From: Moniliella sp. 'wahieum'
Lineage: Eukaryota
NCBI GenBank assembly: GCA_003971905.1
Contig: RSEE01000038.1
Location: 611,330-631,329, forward strand
Direction: 5' to 3'
Length of the DNA: 20,000 nucleotides
The translations under genes were made by a program, and so were the position numbers. Every line of letters begins with the position of its first letter. Position 1 is the stretch's first letter. Positions 1-10,738 of this stretch are shown piece by piece. Under the pieces are notes generated by a model. The model saw only the letters and a program-made list of their open reading frames with translations. It ran no database searches and was not told the origin of the DNA.

Positions 1-780
1 GTCGCTTCCATCTTCCGCTCCACTTGCCCCCACTCCGTGCCGCGAGCCAACCACCCTCCCGCGCACGAGGTCCGTCCTCCGAGATTGACCCGCGCCTTTC
101 CGGCGAAACCGCTGGACAATCCACCGACGCTGGCACCGAGTCCTCTTGGCGCGCCGCGCTTCCTCTGCCATCCTCCGGCACCAGCTCGCCATGGCGCCTG
201 GGATTCTCCATGTCCCTCTCTGCCGAGGGAGAGGCACGGCCAGGCCCGGAATCGGGCGTGACCGCGGCAGAAGAAGCTCAGTCCAACTTGATCCGTCGTG
301 GGCCCAAGCACAATCGCATTCGTCATCGGCCCCACCTGAAACACGAAACATTATGGATTGGCTGGAAGGAGCTGAATTTTGCGACCGCGCAGCCGCCCCG
401 CCAGCAGGCCTAGCAGGGACCTTCTGCCCCCGTTGGAGGCCGAGCCATCGGTCCCATCTTGCTCCTTGGAGGAGGAGGACCGGACCGACGTGCCTTTGTC
501 AGTCTTGTCTCCACCTCCATTGACCACCTCTTGCACCTTAGTCCCGGCAGGCCCAGATCCGGATCTGTCCGTCCCCTCCCACCTGCCATGCCCGCAGATT
601 TGCCCTCACCCAAGCCGGCCAAGCCTTCGTTGCCCACCAAACTCTCGTCCCGCTTGGGCTCCCGCTCGCTTTCGGCACTCAAACTTTGGTAAGTGCCCGT
701 TGGGACTCTTGCATGGACTGCTTCGCCTCGGTACCTCCCATGTCATCGGTCCCCCTCGCACCATCGCATTACCGGCGCCT
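1..780 (-). CDS. Possible low-complexity (Gly/Ser/Asp/Glu-rich) coding segment of a gene continuing off the left edge
   Basis: Minus frames give protein-like runs such as GTKVQEVVNGGGDKTDKGTSVRSSSSKEQDGTDGSASNGG and ..ERDMENPRRHGELVPEDGRGSAARQEDS... No recognisable domain or clear start. Confidence 0.2.
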
Positions 781-841
781 AGCAGGATGCCACCTGTACT
801 GTATCCATTCCTTGTCGTACCTGTCAGCCGCATTGTACGCG

Positions 842-937
842 GCACACCGCACACCGCACGCCGCACACCGCACACCGCACACCGCACATCGCCGCACATC
901 GCCGCACATCGCACACCACACGCTACACGCCGCACAC
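842..937 (+). repeat. Degenerate tandem repeat (GCACACC/GCACATC)n, about 13 units
   Basis: gcacaccgcacaccgcacgccgcacaccgcacaccgcacaccgcacatcgccgcacatc... is visible directly. Confidence 0.85.
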
Positions 938-1356
938 TTTCTTCCTAGCCCGTCTCTCTCTCTCTTGTGCATGCGCCATTGTGCCGTCACCTGCAACCAT
1001 ACGCATCGGGCAACATGCCACCGCCCCCCTTTTCCCGGACACTCTCCGTGCCCCTCTTCAATCTCCAATCTTCAACCCTTTGTTGGTCGTTTTACGTTGA
1101 TCCCAACACGGGGTCGGGGATCGGAAGCCTCTTCATCGATCATTCGTCATCCCTGTTGATCCATAAGCCATAAGCCTCGCACGTTACTTGTTTTCTCTTC
1201 TTGTTTGTTTTGGGTTCCCCCTAGTGTCTACCTGCTGTGACGCCCGACCTGGCCTGACCGACTGGCCTTGCTTCGAGCCCTTGGCAGGGCCAGCGCGTGC
1301 CGATCATAAATGCATGGCCAGAACACGCGCAGAGGCCAACAGGGGCGCAGGGGGTA

Positions 1357-1460
1357 TGAGCAATGATTAGTGATTAATGAGCACAGAGATAGAACACTGC
1401 ATACGAGAGTTAGGGCCACCATGCAACCTACGGCAATGAGCAATCATTAATCATTGCTCA
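1357..1460. mobile_element. ~104 bp element bounded by 19-bp inverted repeats (MITE-like)
   Basis: TGAGCAATGATTAGTGATT (1357-1375) matches the reverse complement of 1442-1460 (TGAGCAATGATTAATGATT) at 18/19 positions. No clear target-site duplication. Confidence 0.45.
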
Positions 1461-4400
1461 GGATGGAACCGCTAGGCCAACACGTGCCTGGGTGAATATG
1501 GAATACGCCTACGAAGGATCGTGCATGGTCTCTTTGGTCGCCGGCGTTTCGCCTTCGGCGCGAGCGTTGGCCGGGGTTCCCTCCATGTCCTATGTTTGAA
1601 TTGAGCGAAAGAAGGACTCAACGGTGCACCTTCCTCACACGTCACGGTGCGGCCGACATGTTTGTTTTCGTTTTCTGTTTTCACTTTCTGGGTTTGTTGA
1701 TGTCTGGGTGTACTAGCGCGCGCGTACTCCTCTATCCATCGCAGCCAGTGCCCTCCTCTTGATGCATGGTCAGAAGCAACGGAGGCAGCTCCACGATCAA
1801 GTAGATGTGCAGAAGTTCATGTCATGCAGCATGTCATGTCATGATGACATGCAATGACATGTTTATGTGTCATGGCTGCCATCGAACGAATACGAATGAG
1901 TTATTGAAGTACTAAGTCCTGAGATCTGAGACTCAGTACTTGCCATTATCTTCAACTTTCAGCACCCTCTCACGGGCGATTCAGAGTTTCCTTTGCGCAG
2001 GCCAGATGGGCGTCTGACCAGCACGACGAACTCGCCCTGGACCTTATCGCTATCCTGCACTAGGTAGGCCAGAGCGTTGGTCCTATGTATTAACCTTTTC
2101 TGAGATCTGACAGTTCTGACGCCGGCAAGCTATGTCTCAGCAAACAAGACGTGTGAAAGAGGAATGCAGTATGATTGTATGAACGATGTGAGTTGAGAGA
2201 GTCGGCCGACTGGTGTACCAGCCAATGCATGGGATGGGGCAGGGGGAAGCTCAAGTTCAAAAAGCGCTTGCAGTGCGGCGACAACGCATGCGTGGTGCCG
2301 CACTCGCTAGTTGAGAGCTTGGCACTTGGCTTCCCTGTCAGTTTGATGAGAGCGAAATGCGATGTAAGATGGGCGGCAGAAGAAAAAGTGTCTTGGTGGG
2401 TCTGTGTTCACTAAGTAATATCCAAAACACGTATCAGTAACCTGGACCCGCCAAAGTCATTTTGAATGGTTTTGGACGGCGCGGAATATACACTGCCCGA
2501 GAAGGGAAGCACGTACGGTTTGGTTGCAGGGGGGCAGAAAATGCCAAAGGTGCAGATTGAAGCGAGAGCGGATGGGGACAATGGCCATCTTGCGTCGTGC
2601 CACAATCGCTCACGGCGCACGCAACGGCGAGCGGCCCGACAAGCGACGGCCCGGACGCAGGATCGTCGGCGTCACGTTCTTCGGCGCGCCCCCCGTCGGC
2701 GAGCGCACCGTCTTGCTTGGCGAGGGGGCAGCGTGAGGGAGGCGCAGCGCAGCGCGCGAGCCGAGGTTGCGGACGAGGGTGGTGGGCAGCATGGTGGGAT
2801 GAGAGGCAAAAGAGGCGGGAAGGGCGTGGACGACAGCATGGCGGGATGGCCGGTGGGGGCGGGTTTATATCTGCTGGTGGGCAGCTAGCTGGGTGGCTGC
2901 TGTGAGACGCAGTACTCAAGCCAACAATCAAGCGAATCTGCCAGTCGCGTTGCTGATGATCGATGATTGATGAGATCTGAGATATGGGGGGAGCGGCGCA
3001 GGGGGTCTGTGCGCTCGCGGTGCGGGGTGGTGACGTCAGTGGCGACACCCAGCACACCGCCCTGCTGCGCCCTGCTGCGATGGGAGATGGGAGATGGGGT
3101 CTCTAGCCCAGTGCGGCGCTGACTATCCAGGCCACCCATTCTCGGCTACCCTGCCCCCGCCACCTGTTCCCACCGCCGCCCGCCCACCCCAGCCATGCTG
3201 GTGGACACACTGCCCATGCGCTTCCCCCCCCCCGCACTTTGGTCCACATTGGGCGGTGTCGCTCAGCGCCAGTGTCGCAACTGTGTGGTCGCCACACTTG
3301 AAGTGCCCCAGCGGTGGTCCCAGCGGTGGCCCTTGCTCTCTTCTGGATGTTCTTTGTGGCCATCCGCGTTCTGTTTGGTGTTGGAGCGTTTGCTCCCATT
3401 GGCCATTGAATTCTTCTCACGGTAGTCCTGTCAGCCGTCCCCCCCAGACGAGGACCGCACTCGCCGCCACCGCTCTTCTACGGTCATACCGTCATCGCGT
3501 CATCCGTCATCCAGCCGACGGGGCCAAGCTGGTGCCAAGCTGACGCTTACTGCCGAAGCGTCCGTGGGAATACGAAAGAAATGGAATCATCAGCCGGATA
3601 ATGTACCCGCAACCAACGGAAGATGGGCGGACGCAGGAGCGTCGATGTCAACGAGAGGAGATGCACACTCAGACTGATTACGAGCAACTAAGAAGCTGGA
3701 AGCCATAAAGCTTGAAATCGCAATCCCTTCCACTTGGCACGTGGCGTGGCCGAGGGGACTGACTCGATGGAGAGTCGCAGATTCATATCAAAATGTTGGC
3801 AAGGCCGCCTCAATGAGCATCTCGCTCCAACTCTCCAAAACCCACACATGTTATAACGACGGGGGGTTCCTTGGCTGTGATACATTTTTCTTGGAACCCC
3901 GGTCTCCGTGAATCCGCCTCTCCACACCTCTCCTGGAAGCTTGAGTCAAATGTAAACTTTTGACGCAGGCCATGAGACAGGGGAGTCTCCACCTTTCGAG
4001 AAAGACCGGTTGATACAAGTGACTTATCCGACAGAGTCACAAAATTCATGAAGAGTGTGGCCAAGCGCCAAAGGGAGATGTGTTTTGGTGTATGTGAGGC
4101 TTTAAGCTTCAAGCTCCCCTATCTGAGAACAAAAAGGGTACGTTTCGACCGTGCAGAGTGTTAGCGCTTAGCGAAGCTTGGAACTGAGGGCCTGAGACCT
4201 GGTGATCAGGTCCCTCTCTCTGGCTTGCTCGGCACCCCACATACTTGGGATCAAAAAGCTATATCGATCACTATATGTGCGGCAGAGGGAGAGCAGAGCC
4301 GCGCCGGACCAGGGGTGGCCGGTGGGTAATCTTAATCAGTAGGCAAATATATACGTCAGCCGAGTAGACAAACGTCCTGTGCAGCCTTGGTGTGCGGATC

Positions 4401-4661
4401 TGTGCTGCATCTGGTGTCACCATGTCATCATGTCACATGTCACTGCCAATCGACAATCTAAACGCGTCCGTGTCAGCATCCCCAACACATTGACTGGGTG
4501 TTATGCATGTTATGCACGAGGAAAAGAGGTACAGCCCTTTTGATGGCCAGCCTGGGCCGAACTCTGAGAGACAACAAGGGAGCGAGCGTGCAATGCCGAG
4601 GGACTGCTTTTGTTTTGCACAGATAGGGTAGCGTTATTCAACGTTTATGTGAGCAGAAAGG

Positions 4662-4903
4662 GATGAGTTCTAGAGTGCTGATGGCGCTGATGGTCCCTCG
4701 AGGGCGATGCGATCTCGCACTAGGGGTGGCGTGGACTAAGCCAGCCAGCAATGCCTGTGCAGAGGAACATCAAGCAGCCAGCCGGCCAGGGGCTATAGGC
4801 TGCGGAACAAGGAAACCAAAAGCGAGAAAACAAAGGAACTCCTAGGCCGCAGGAGGCACTTAAGGGACGTCGGCCAAAACACACGAGCCACCCGCGGTGG
4901 CTC
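4662..4903. repeat. Dispersed repeat, copy 1 (copy 2 at 12132-12368); probable non-autonomous element or relic
   Basis: Co-linear shared blocks: atggtcc(c)tcgaggg, cgcactag, ctaagcca.ccagcaa.gcct, cagaggaacatcaagcagc, ccaggggcta, gctgcggaacaaggaaa, ggaactcct, aagggac, cacgagccacc..tggctc. Confidence 0.85.
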
Positions 4904-5454
4904 CCCTGAAGCTTGAAGGGTGTTTCCCCTCGTTTTGTTCCGCCCGTTCCCATCCCCCTTGGCGCCCTTGGCCTGCTCTCTCCGACCGTTCAAAATTCAA
5001 AGGTGTGGCGTGGGGTGCCTGCGCTGAGACCGACCTACACTGGCGTGCGAAGGCGATAGGCTGGCGTAAAGAGGGCAAGTTCTACAGAGAGAAGGAAAGA
5101 GAGAGAGAGGTGATGGATCTATTCCAAGAGAGGTGCCTGTTCGGGTAAGAACATGGGAGAGAGTTGGATAGAACAGCGCGATGTGTGATGTGTGATGCGT
5201 GTGCATGATGCATGATGTATGATCATGGCGCTGACCGCTGGGCTGCTCGCAGCTTGTTCGGTGTATCGCCAACGTCAAGCCTTCTCGAATTCTGTCCTGC
5301 ACGTCCGAAGTACTCCGCCGGAGTCCGCCATGCCGAATGCTTAGCTCAGCGGGGTGGAGCGACTGCCTTGTGTGTGCTGCGTCGTCTGCTCGGCCACGGG
5401 GCGCGGCAGCCGGCCTCGGCGCACCGCTTCCGCCTCCAGACCAGCACCGACAGC

Positions 5455-7528
5455 ATGTCGGCGCCGCGCGCCGCACACCACCCTCCCGTCTCCCCGACGA
5501 CCCCGACGACGTGGCGCGAGAGGATGTGCGGACCTTGACGCGACCCGGCCGCCTGGCCCCAGCCAGGACCATGCCCATGGCGCCGACGGCGCCAACGGCG
5601 CAGAGGGGGATGGGGATGGGGAGGAGGAGGAAGAGGAAGAGCAGGAGGAGCAGGAGGAGCAGGAGGAGCAAGATCTCGCACGGGCATCGGAAGAGTACGC
5701 CGTGGGCCAGGTCACCGCGGTCCGTCCCCCGCACGCCATAGCACCGCCTCGGCCATCGACATCCCCCTCCTCCTCAATGAGGGTCTGGCCCGCGTACAGG
5801 AACAGATGCCGGTTCCCGACTGGCTGCGTCGTGGCGCCGGCACGTTCGATGGCACGGTCAATATGGCCAACTCCATTCTGGGTGCCGGGATTGTCGGGTT
5901 GCCGTACAGCATGCGTGAGTCGGGCTTTGTGGCCGGAGTGGTGCTGCTGGTCGGACTCAGTTTCCTGACCGACTGGACGATCCGGTTGATCGTGCTCAAT
6001 GCCAAGTGTCGGGCCGACGGACGTACATTGAGATAATGCAGCATTGCTTTGGTCCGCGCGGTTCGGCGGCCGTGTCGCTGTTTCAGTTTGCGTTTTGCGT
6101 TTGGGGGGGTGTGTGCGTTTTGCGTCGTTATTGGCGATACCATCCCAGCCGTCTGGGCGCCGTGTGTCGCGCTCGGCGGCCGAGGGCGTGGGGGCGAACG
6201 GAGCTTGTCATCTCCTTTTGCACCTTGGCTATCCTTCCCGCTTTCACTCTATCGCAACATTGAGTCCCTCTCCAAGGCGTCGGCGATTGCGCTGGTGTCC
6301 ATGGTGGTGATCATTACATCGGTGTGATCCGGGGCCCAATGATGCCGTCGGAACTAAAGGGAGACCCTTCGTTACGGTTCACAGTGGTGTATCCCACCAA
6401 ACTCATTCGCTCGATCGCTGTGATTAGTTTTGCGTTTGTCTGTCACCACAACTCACGCTCATCTATGGCAGCTTGAAGGAACCGTCCATGGACAAGTTTG
6501 GCAAGGTAACCCATTATTCCACCTTGATTGCCGGCCCGTGGCCGCCACGACATGTCCAGGCCGTGGCGGGGTACTGGTCGTTTGAGAAGGAAAGACCTTG
6601 GCCAACATTCTCAACATTTCCCGCCCACGATCACTTGGTCAACGTGGCTCGCTTCCTCTTTGGCGTCAAAATGTTCACTACCTTTCCGCGGAATGCTTTG
6701 TGTGTTGCGAAGTGCTCGAGACGTACTTTTGGCCCGACGAGACGGCGGCCTTGGCTGCGTCGGCCGAACAGGGCGGCGAAGAAGAACGTACAATCGCAAG
6801 CGCCATTTTATCCTCACCTCGGCCCTCGTCATCACAAGCCTCATCATCTCCCTCCTCACGTGCGACCTGGGCATCGTGCTGGAACTGACAGGCGGCTTAT
6901 CGGCCACCGCGTTGGCCTACATTTTCCCTCGGCATGTTTCCTCAAACTCAGTCGGGATACGTCTCTCGCACCCGCCCATCGCGACTGCACCTGCACCCAC
7001 GTCCACGGCCATGACCATCCGATTCGACCCAGAGGGCGAGGCAGACGATAACCAACTCTCTACCCTCCCGCCGGATCCAGGGGGGGGTACCACCCTATGC
7101 CCAGCGAAGAGCCGAGCGAGTCAAGGCCCAGCTCGTCACGTGCTGCAAGACCTGGAACGCAGCCAAGGGCCGCCCCCCGTTCCGGACCCCTATCTGACTC
7201 TGCCCTGCCGATGTGGACCCCACACCTGATCGAGTTGCCATTCAAACCAGGGCGCGTACCACCTGCCCGATCCGGACGGCGACACCAGCTTAACCCTGCC
7301 GGTACCCTTGCCGCGTACAGGACCGCCGACCGTCGGGTCGCCGAGGGGATCGGATCGAGCGGGGGTGACCGTAGTCAGCGCTGCGGTCGCCCATCCACGC
7401 AAAACCTGGACCCACACCAAACTCGTCGCCGTGGCCACGGGTGTTTGGTATGGTAGTCCTCGCGGTTTCCGTCGTGACGGCCTTGTCGGACGTGATCCAG
7501 GGACGGGGGCGAACGACATACGTGCTAA
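5455..7528 (+). CDS. AVT2: Amino acid transporter, AAAP/SLC38 (Aa_trans) family, Avt2/SLC38A11-like; reading frame broken by many 1-nt indels
   Basis: Stitched frames give TFDGTVNMANSILGAGIVGLPYSMRESGFVAGVVLLVGLSFLTDWTIRLIVLNAK, GRRTYIEIMQHCFG, FAFGG.CAFCVVIGDTIP, LSFPLSLYRNIESLSKASAIALVSM, VISFAFVCHHNS, SLKEPSMDKFGKVTHYS and TCDLGIVLELTGGLSATALAYIFP, all typical of fungal Avt2-type transporters. ATG at 5455 is a guess. Likely end is ...GERHTC* with TAA at 7526-7528. No obvious intron. Confidence 0.9.
5622..5672 (+). repeat. Coding (GAG)n/(GAGCAGGAG)n repeat giving the acidic tract EEEEEEEQEEQEEQEEQ in the transporter N-terminus
   Basis: gaggaggaggaagaggaagagcaggaggagcaggaggagcaggaggagcaa is visible directly. 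Confidence 0.8.
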
Positions 7529-8180
7529 TGCACTGCGTGAACTGTCTTTTTCCTTGGTCGTCTTCTTGCTCGGCCCACGACACTTGACTTACTTGCACAT
7601 GAGACAGGGAAACCACGTGCCGATTATGCGGTCCCGCCGACCGGCCAGGGGCAACGGCTGTACCCACCCCCCGCATCTTGCAGCTGCCATTTCTCGCCCA
7701 CCGCCTTATCTGTGTGCGAGACGCATGTATACCCACAGGCACGCTCCGCGCGGATCGTGTTGCTCTTGCTTGATTGCTGCCACGGTAGGCGCTGAGAGTA
7801 GAGCCATCAGAGAGGGAGTGCACGGCCCCGAGGCTAGTAGCTCCACCAGCTCCACCGAGTGCGGGCCCGGCCGCACCTCCTGGCCTTTATACAACCCAAT
7901 CTGCCCTGCCTGGCTGTCGGAACGAGCTTTTTTTTCCAGCTAACATGGTGGTAATGCGCACAGGCGCTTCGTTGCGCGCGGTGTCGGCGGTGGCCATGGG
8001 CGGGTAGCTAGGACCGAACGCTTCTTCCCTGGCGCGGAGAGGATGTGCGCGGAATGCACGGTATGCACTACCGGCCTCTATCGTGTCATCTAACCCCTGG
8101 TTCTGATCTAGGGGTCTCCCTCGCCACACTGGATTCTTCCCTGCTTTCCGTTTGACACCTGCACCGTACCGTGCCGGACG

Positions 8181-8344
8181 GTTGAGGTTGAGGTTGAGGT
8201 TGAGGTTGAGGTTGAGGTTGAGGTTGAGGTTGAGGTTGAGGTTGAGGTTGAGGTTGAGGTTGAGGTTGAGGTTGAGGTTGGGTTGAGGTTGAGGTTGAGG
8301 TTGAGGTTGAGGTTGAGGTTGAGGTTGAGGTTGGGGTTGAGTTG
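8181..8344 (+). repeat. Hexanucleotide microsatellite (GTTGAG)~27 between the convergent AVT2 and DGA1 3' ends
   Basis: Nearly perfect array with two variant units, near 8277-8281 and 8330-8335. Confidence 0.97.
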
Positions 8345-8489
8345 CCCTGCTCTGTTCTGCATAATGCTGCATCACTTTTTCGTGTTCTGTGTCGTCTGTT
8401 TCGCTTTCATGCATCTAGCTTGAACCCTCCTGGGGCGCAGAATAGACTGACAGAGGGGAGGCAGAGGACACCCGAAGACGCGTCGGTGG

Positions 8490-8524
8490 GGTTACAGGTT
8501 ACAGGTTACCCGTTACTGGTTACC
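8490..8524 (+). repeat. Five degenerate 7-mers GGTTACA/GGTTACC
   Basis: ggttaca ggttaca ggttacc cgttact ggttacc. Confidence 0.7.
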
Positions 8525-8719
8525 AAGTCCGAAATCACATGATCCTGCTGGATTTGTGTAGCTGGTCGGGCATACCAAGAAAGGACACAGAACGGACGAC
8601 CTTAACTATCAACATGACGATCGAGTTGGAAAGAGGAACCTATTTTGTAGGGTGAGGAGAGGAGAGAAAGAAATGAAAGAAAATGAAAGGAAATAAAAGG
8701 AAAGGAAAGACGAAGACGT

Positions 8720-10135
8720 CTAGTCGATTGTCAGTTCCTTGGTTCGGTTCGCCGCGTACTGGTCTTTCCACGTATCCCAGATCCTGGTGGCAAGCAACCC
8801 AAAAGCGAGGTGAGTGTGGTGTCCTCCCTGTTCCCCCCACGGACGGCGAGGGCGTAAATCAAACAAAAAGAAAGCATTCAACGTACCGGGTAAGCTCAGC
8901 AATGTACCGTTCTTGCACCTCTTCAATTTCTTCCGGCGTCGGGTGCTTGTTCTGCACCGTCTCGATGGGCCGGCCGACACAGGCGACAATGGGATGACGG
9001 AAGGGCAAGAGACCAATACGGTAGTTGAACACGCCTCGGCCATGGAAGAGCGGGAGCGTAAACCCAAATAAGGCTTGGAATCGTTTTTGGAACCCATACA
9101 GCGCCGTACCCTTCTCGTTGGCCAGCTGGGCAAAAATGTCATTCTCCCCAAACGCAAACACGGGCACCAAAGCCGCCCCATTCCGAATGGCAATCTTGAT
9201 GAACCCCAACCGACGACGCAGCGTCAGGTCCGCCGTGCCCGGATGCGCCCTTAAACTCTCCGCAGCACCGCCGACCACAATGGTGATGGAGCTGCCCGGG
9301 CCTCGGCGTAGGAGCGTCTCGCAGCTCGCCCGACTGACACTGCCAATGCCCAGGGACAGGAGAACGTCACGGAGAAAGGGAAGTTTAAAGTTGCTGGCCA
9401 AGGTGAGGAGGTGGGTTTGGATGCCAGGGAAGGAAGTGGCAAACTCGGTAGCATCCGACGCAAAGTTGGCCAGCGCGCCCATGCCCACCACCCCGTGCGG
9501 GTGGTAGCCAAACAGGTAGGGCTTGTCTGGCGGAAGGTCGACGGTCTGGTACGGGGTATGGTCATCCACCGGGGGGGGGGGGGTTAGCACACAGAAGCAA
9601 CGGGGTGTGTGGGGCAGAGGCGAACGGGGACGGGGACTGAAACGGGAGACATGAGACGGAAGACGGGGGACAGTACCTTGATGCAGCTGATGGGGTAGTA
9701 CTCGGCAAAGTACTTCCAGAACTGGGACTGGCGCATCGAAGCCACGGGCCGGCCACCATTCTCAGGCGCCGTGTCGATAAAAAAGACCCAGATGAGGTAG
9801 GGGATGACCAGGGGCCACAGGAGTGGGATGGAGCTGTGGGGTGCGGACCAGGGCAGGGCAGGAGTCAGTAGAGTGCGCCCGCAACAGGGCCGATCGGGGT
9901 AGATGCGAACCAGCAAAGAAGAAGAGAGAGGCTGAGGCTGATGGGGATGCTCATCCCCCACAGAAAGACGGCGAGCGTTTGCATGTGGCGATGGTGGGCG
10001 CTGACGGTGGGCACAAAGCGGAGCGAGTGCTGGCGCTTGAGCTCGCCGGGGTGGTGTCGGTGGGGCGGGCGGGGCATGGTCGTCGGCAGCATGTGGGGGA
10101 GCAGGGGCGCTGGGTGGGGCGATGGCGCTGGGCAT
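8720..10135 (-). CDS. DGA1: Diacylglycerol O-acyltransferase 2 (DAGAT family). Exons approx. 10135?-9911, 9833-9677, 9545-8887, 8783-8720
   Basis: Motifs: QTLAVFLW; FWKYFAEYYPIS (YFP-equivalent); YLFGYHPHG; IVVGGAAESL; LRRRLGFIKIAIRNGAALVPVFAFGENDIF; GFTLPLFHGRG; GLLPFRHPIVACVGRPI; IWDTWKDQYA. Introns 9910-9834 (GTTCGC..CTGAC..CAG), 9676-9546 (GTACTG..GCTAAC..CAG) and 8886-8784 (GTACGT..CAG) join the exons in frame. TAG stop at 8722-8720. Start codon is uncertain (10135, 10213 or 10263). Confidence 0.95.
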
Positions 10136-10738
10136 GCTGGGCGTGCGGGACGCCGCCAGAGACGAGGCCGGTGGCGCAGGCCGAGGTGGAGGTGGAGGCG
10201 GACCGGAGGCATTGCCAGACCACCTGGGCCCAAGCGCAGCGCTGGTTGGTCGACGTGGCGCATCAATATCAGCAACCCTTGCGGCGATCCACGCACCAGC
10301 AAGCATCCACCTGCAACATTCAATTTCGGGGTTTGTGCCGCAGGTCCATCCTGAATGTTTCCACAGACAAAATGCGCCGAGCCTCGGCCCGCCCCCACTG
10401 AAAACGCTCCGACCGTACAGCTCTCTCCTCTCCACCCAAAACCCTCCGAAACGGAAACGCGCCGCCCGCACATGCACCCCCAGCAGCACGCATGTGTCCT
10501 CTTGATCGCCCCCTACTCTGCTCTGTTGTAGGTGCGATGGGAGAGATATATCAGTGGGTGCTGTGCGTGCAAGGAGATCGTCGTGCTCCTCACCACCACC
10601 TTCCCTCTCCCCTCCACACACGCTCTGCACTCGCGTCCACATGCCCCGCACCATGATCATGGCGAACACAAGCATGCCCACAAGACGTGGTGGACAGATT
10701 TAAACTCAATCCATTTCATTCCTCTCCGCCCTCAACTC

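Noticed and set aside
842..937. CRISPR-like or coding repeat
   Set aside because: It consists of 7-10 nt tandem units with no spacers, in a eukaryotic context.
2434..3543. Overlapping GC-rich ORFs on both strands
   Set aside because: No recognisable motifs or convincing splice structure; such ORFs are expected in high-GC DNA.
5339..5410. tRNA-like 5' half (TAGCTCAG..GG..GAGC D-arm, CTGCC..GGCAG stem)
   Set aside because: There is no GTTCRA T-arm/B box and no acceptor stem, so it cannot fold as a tRNA.
4997..5739. Minus ORFs with poly-Leu/poly-Ser
   Set aside because: These are antisense shadows of the GAG/CAG repeat in the transporter N-terminus.
7887..8414. 175-aa minus ORF with QP/NL repeats
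   Set aside because: The ORF is open mainly because the hexamer microsatellite is stop-free; the flanks show no recognisable domain.
9584..10681. 365-aa minus ORF as the full DGA1 N-terminus
   Set aside because: It runs through introns and promoter sequence; only 9833-9677, and possibly part of exon 1, is real coding frame.
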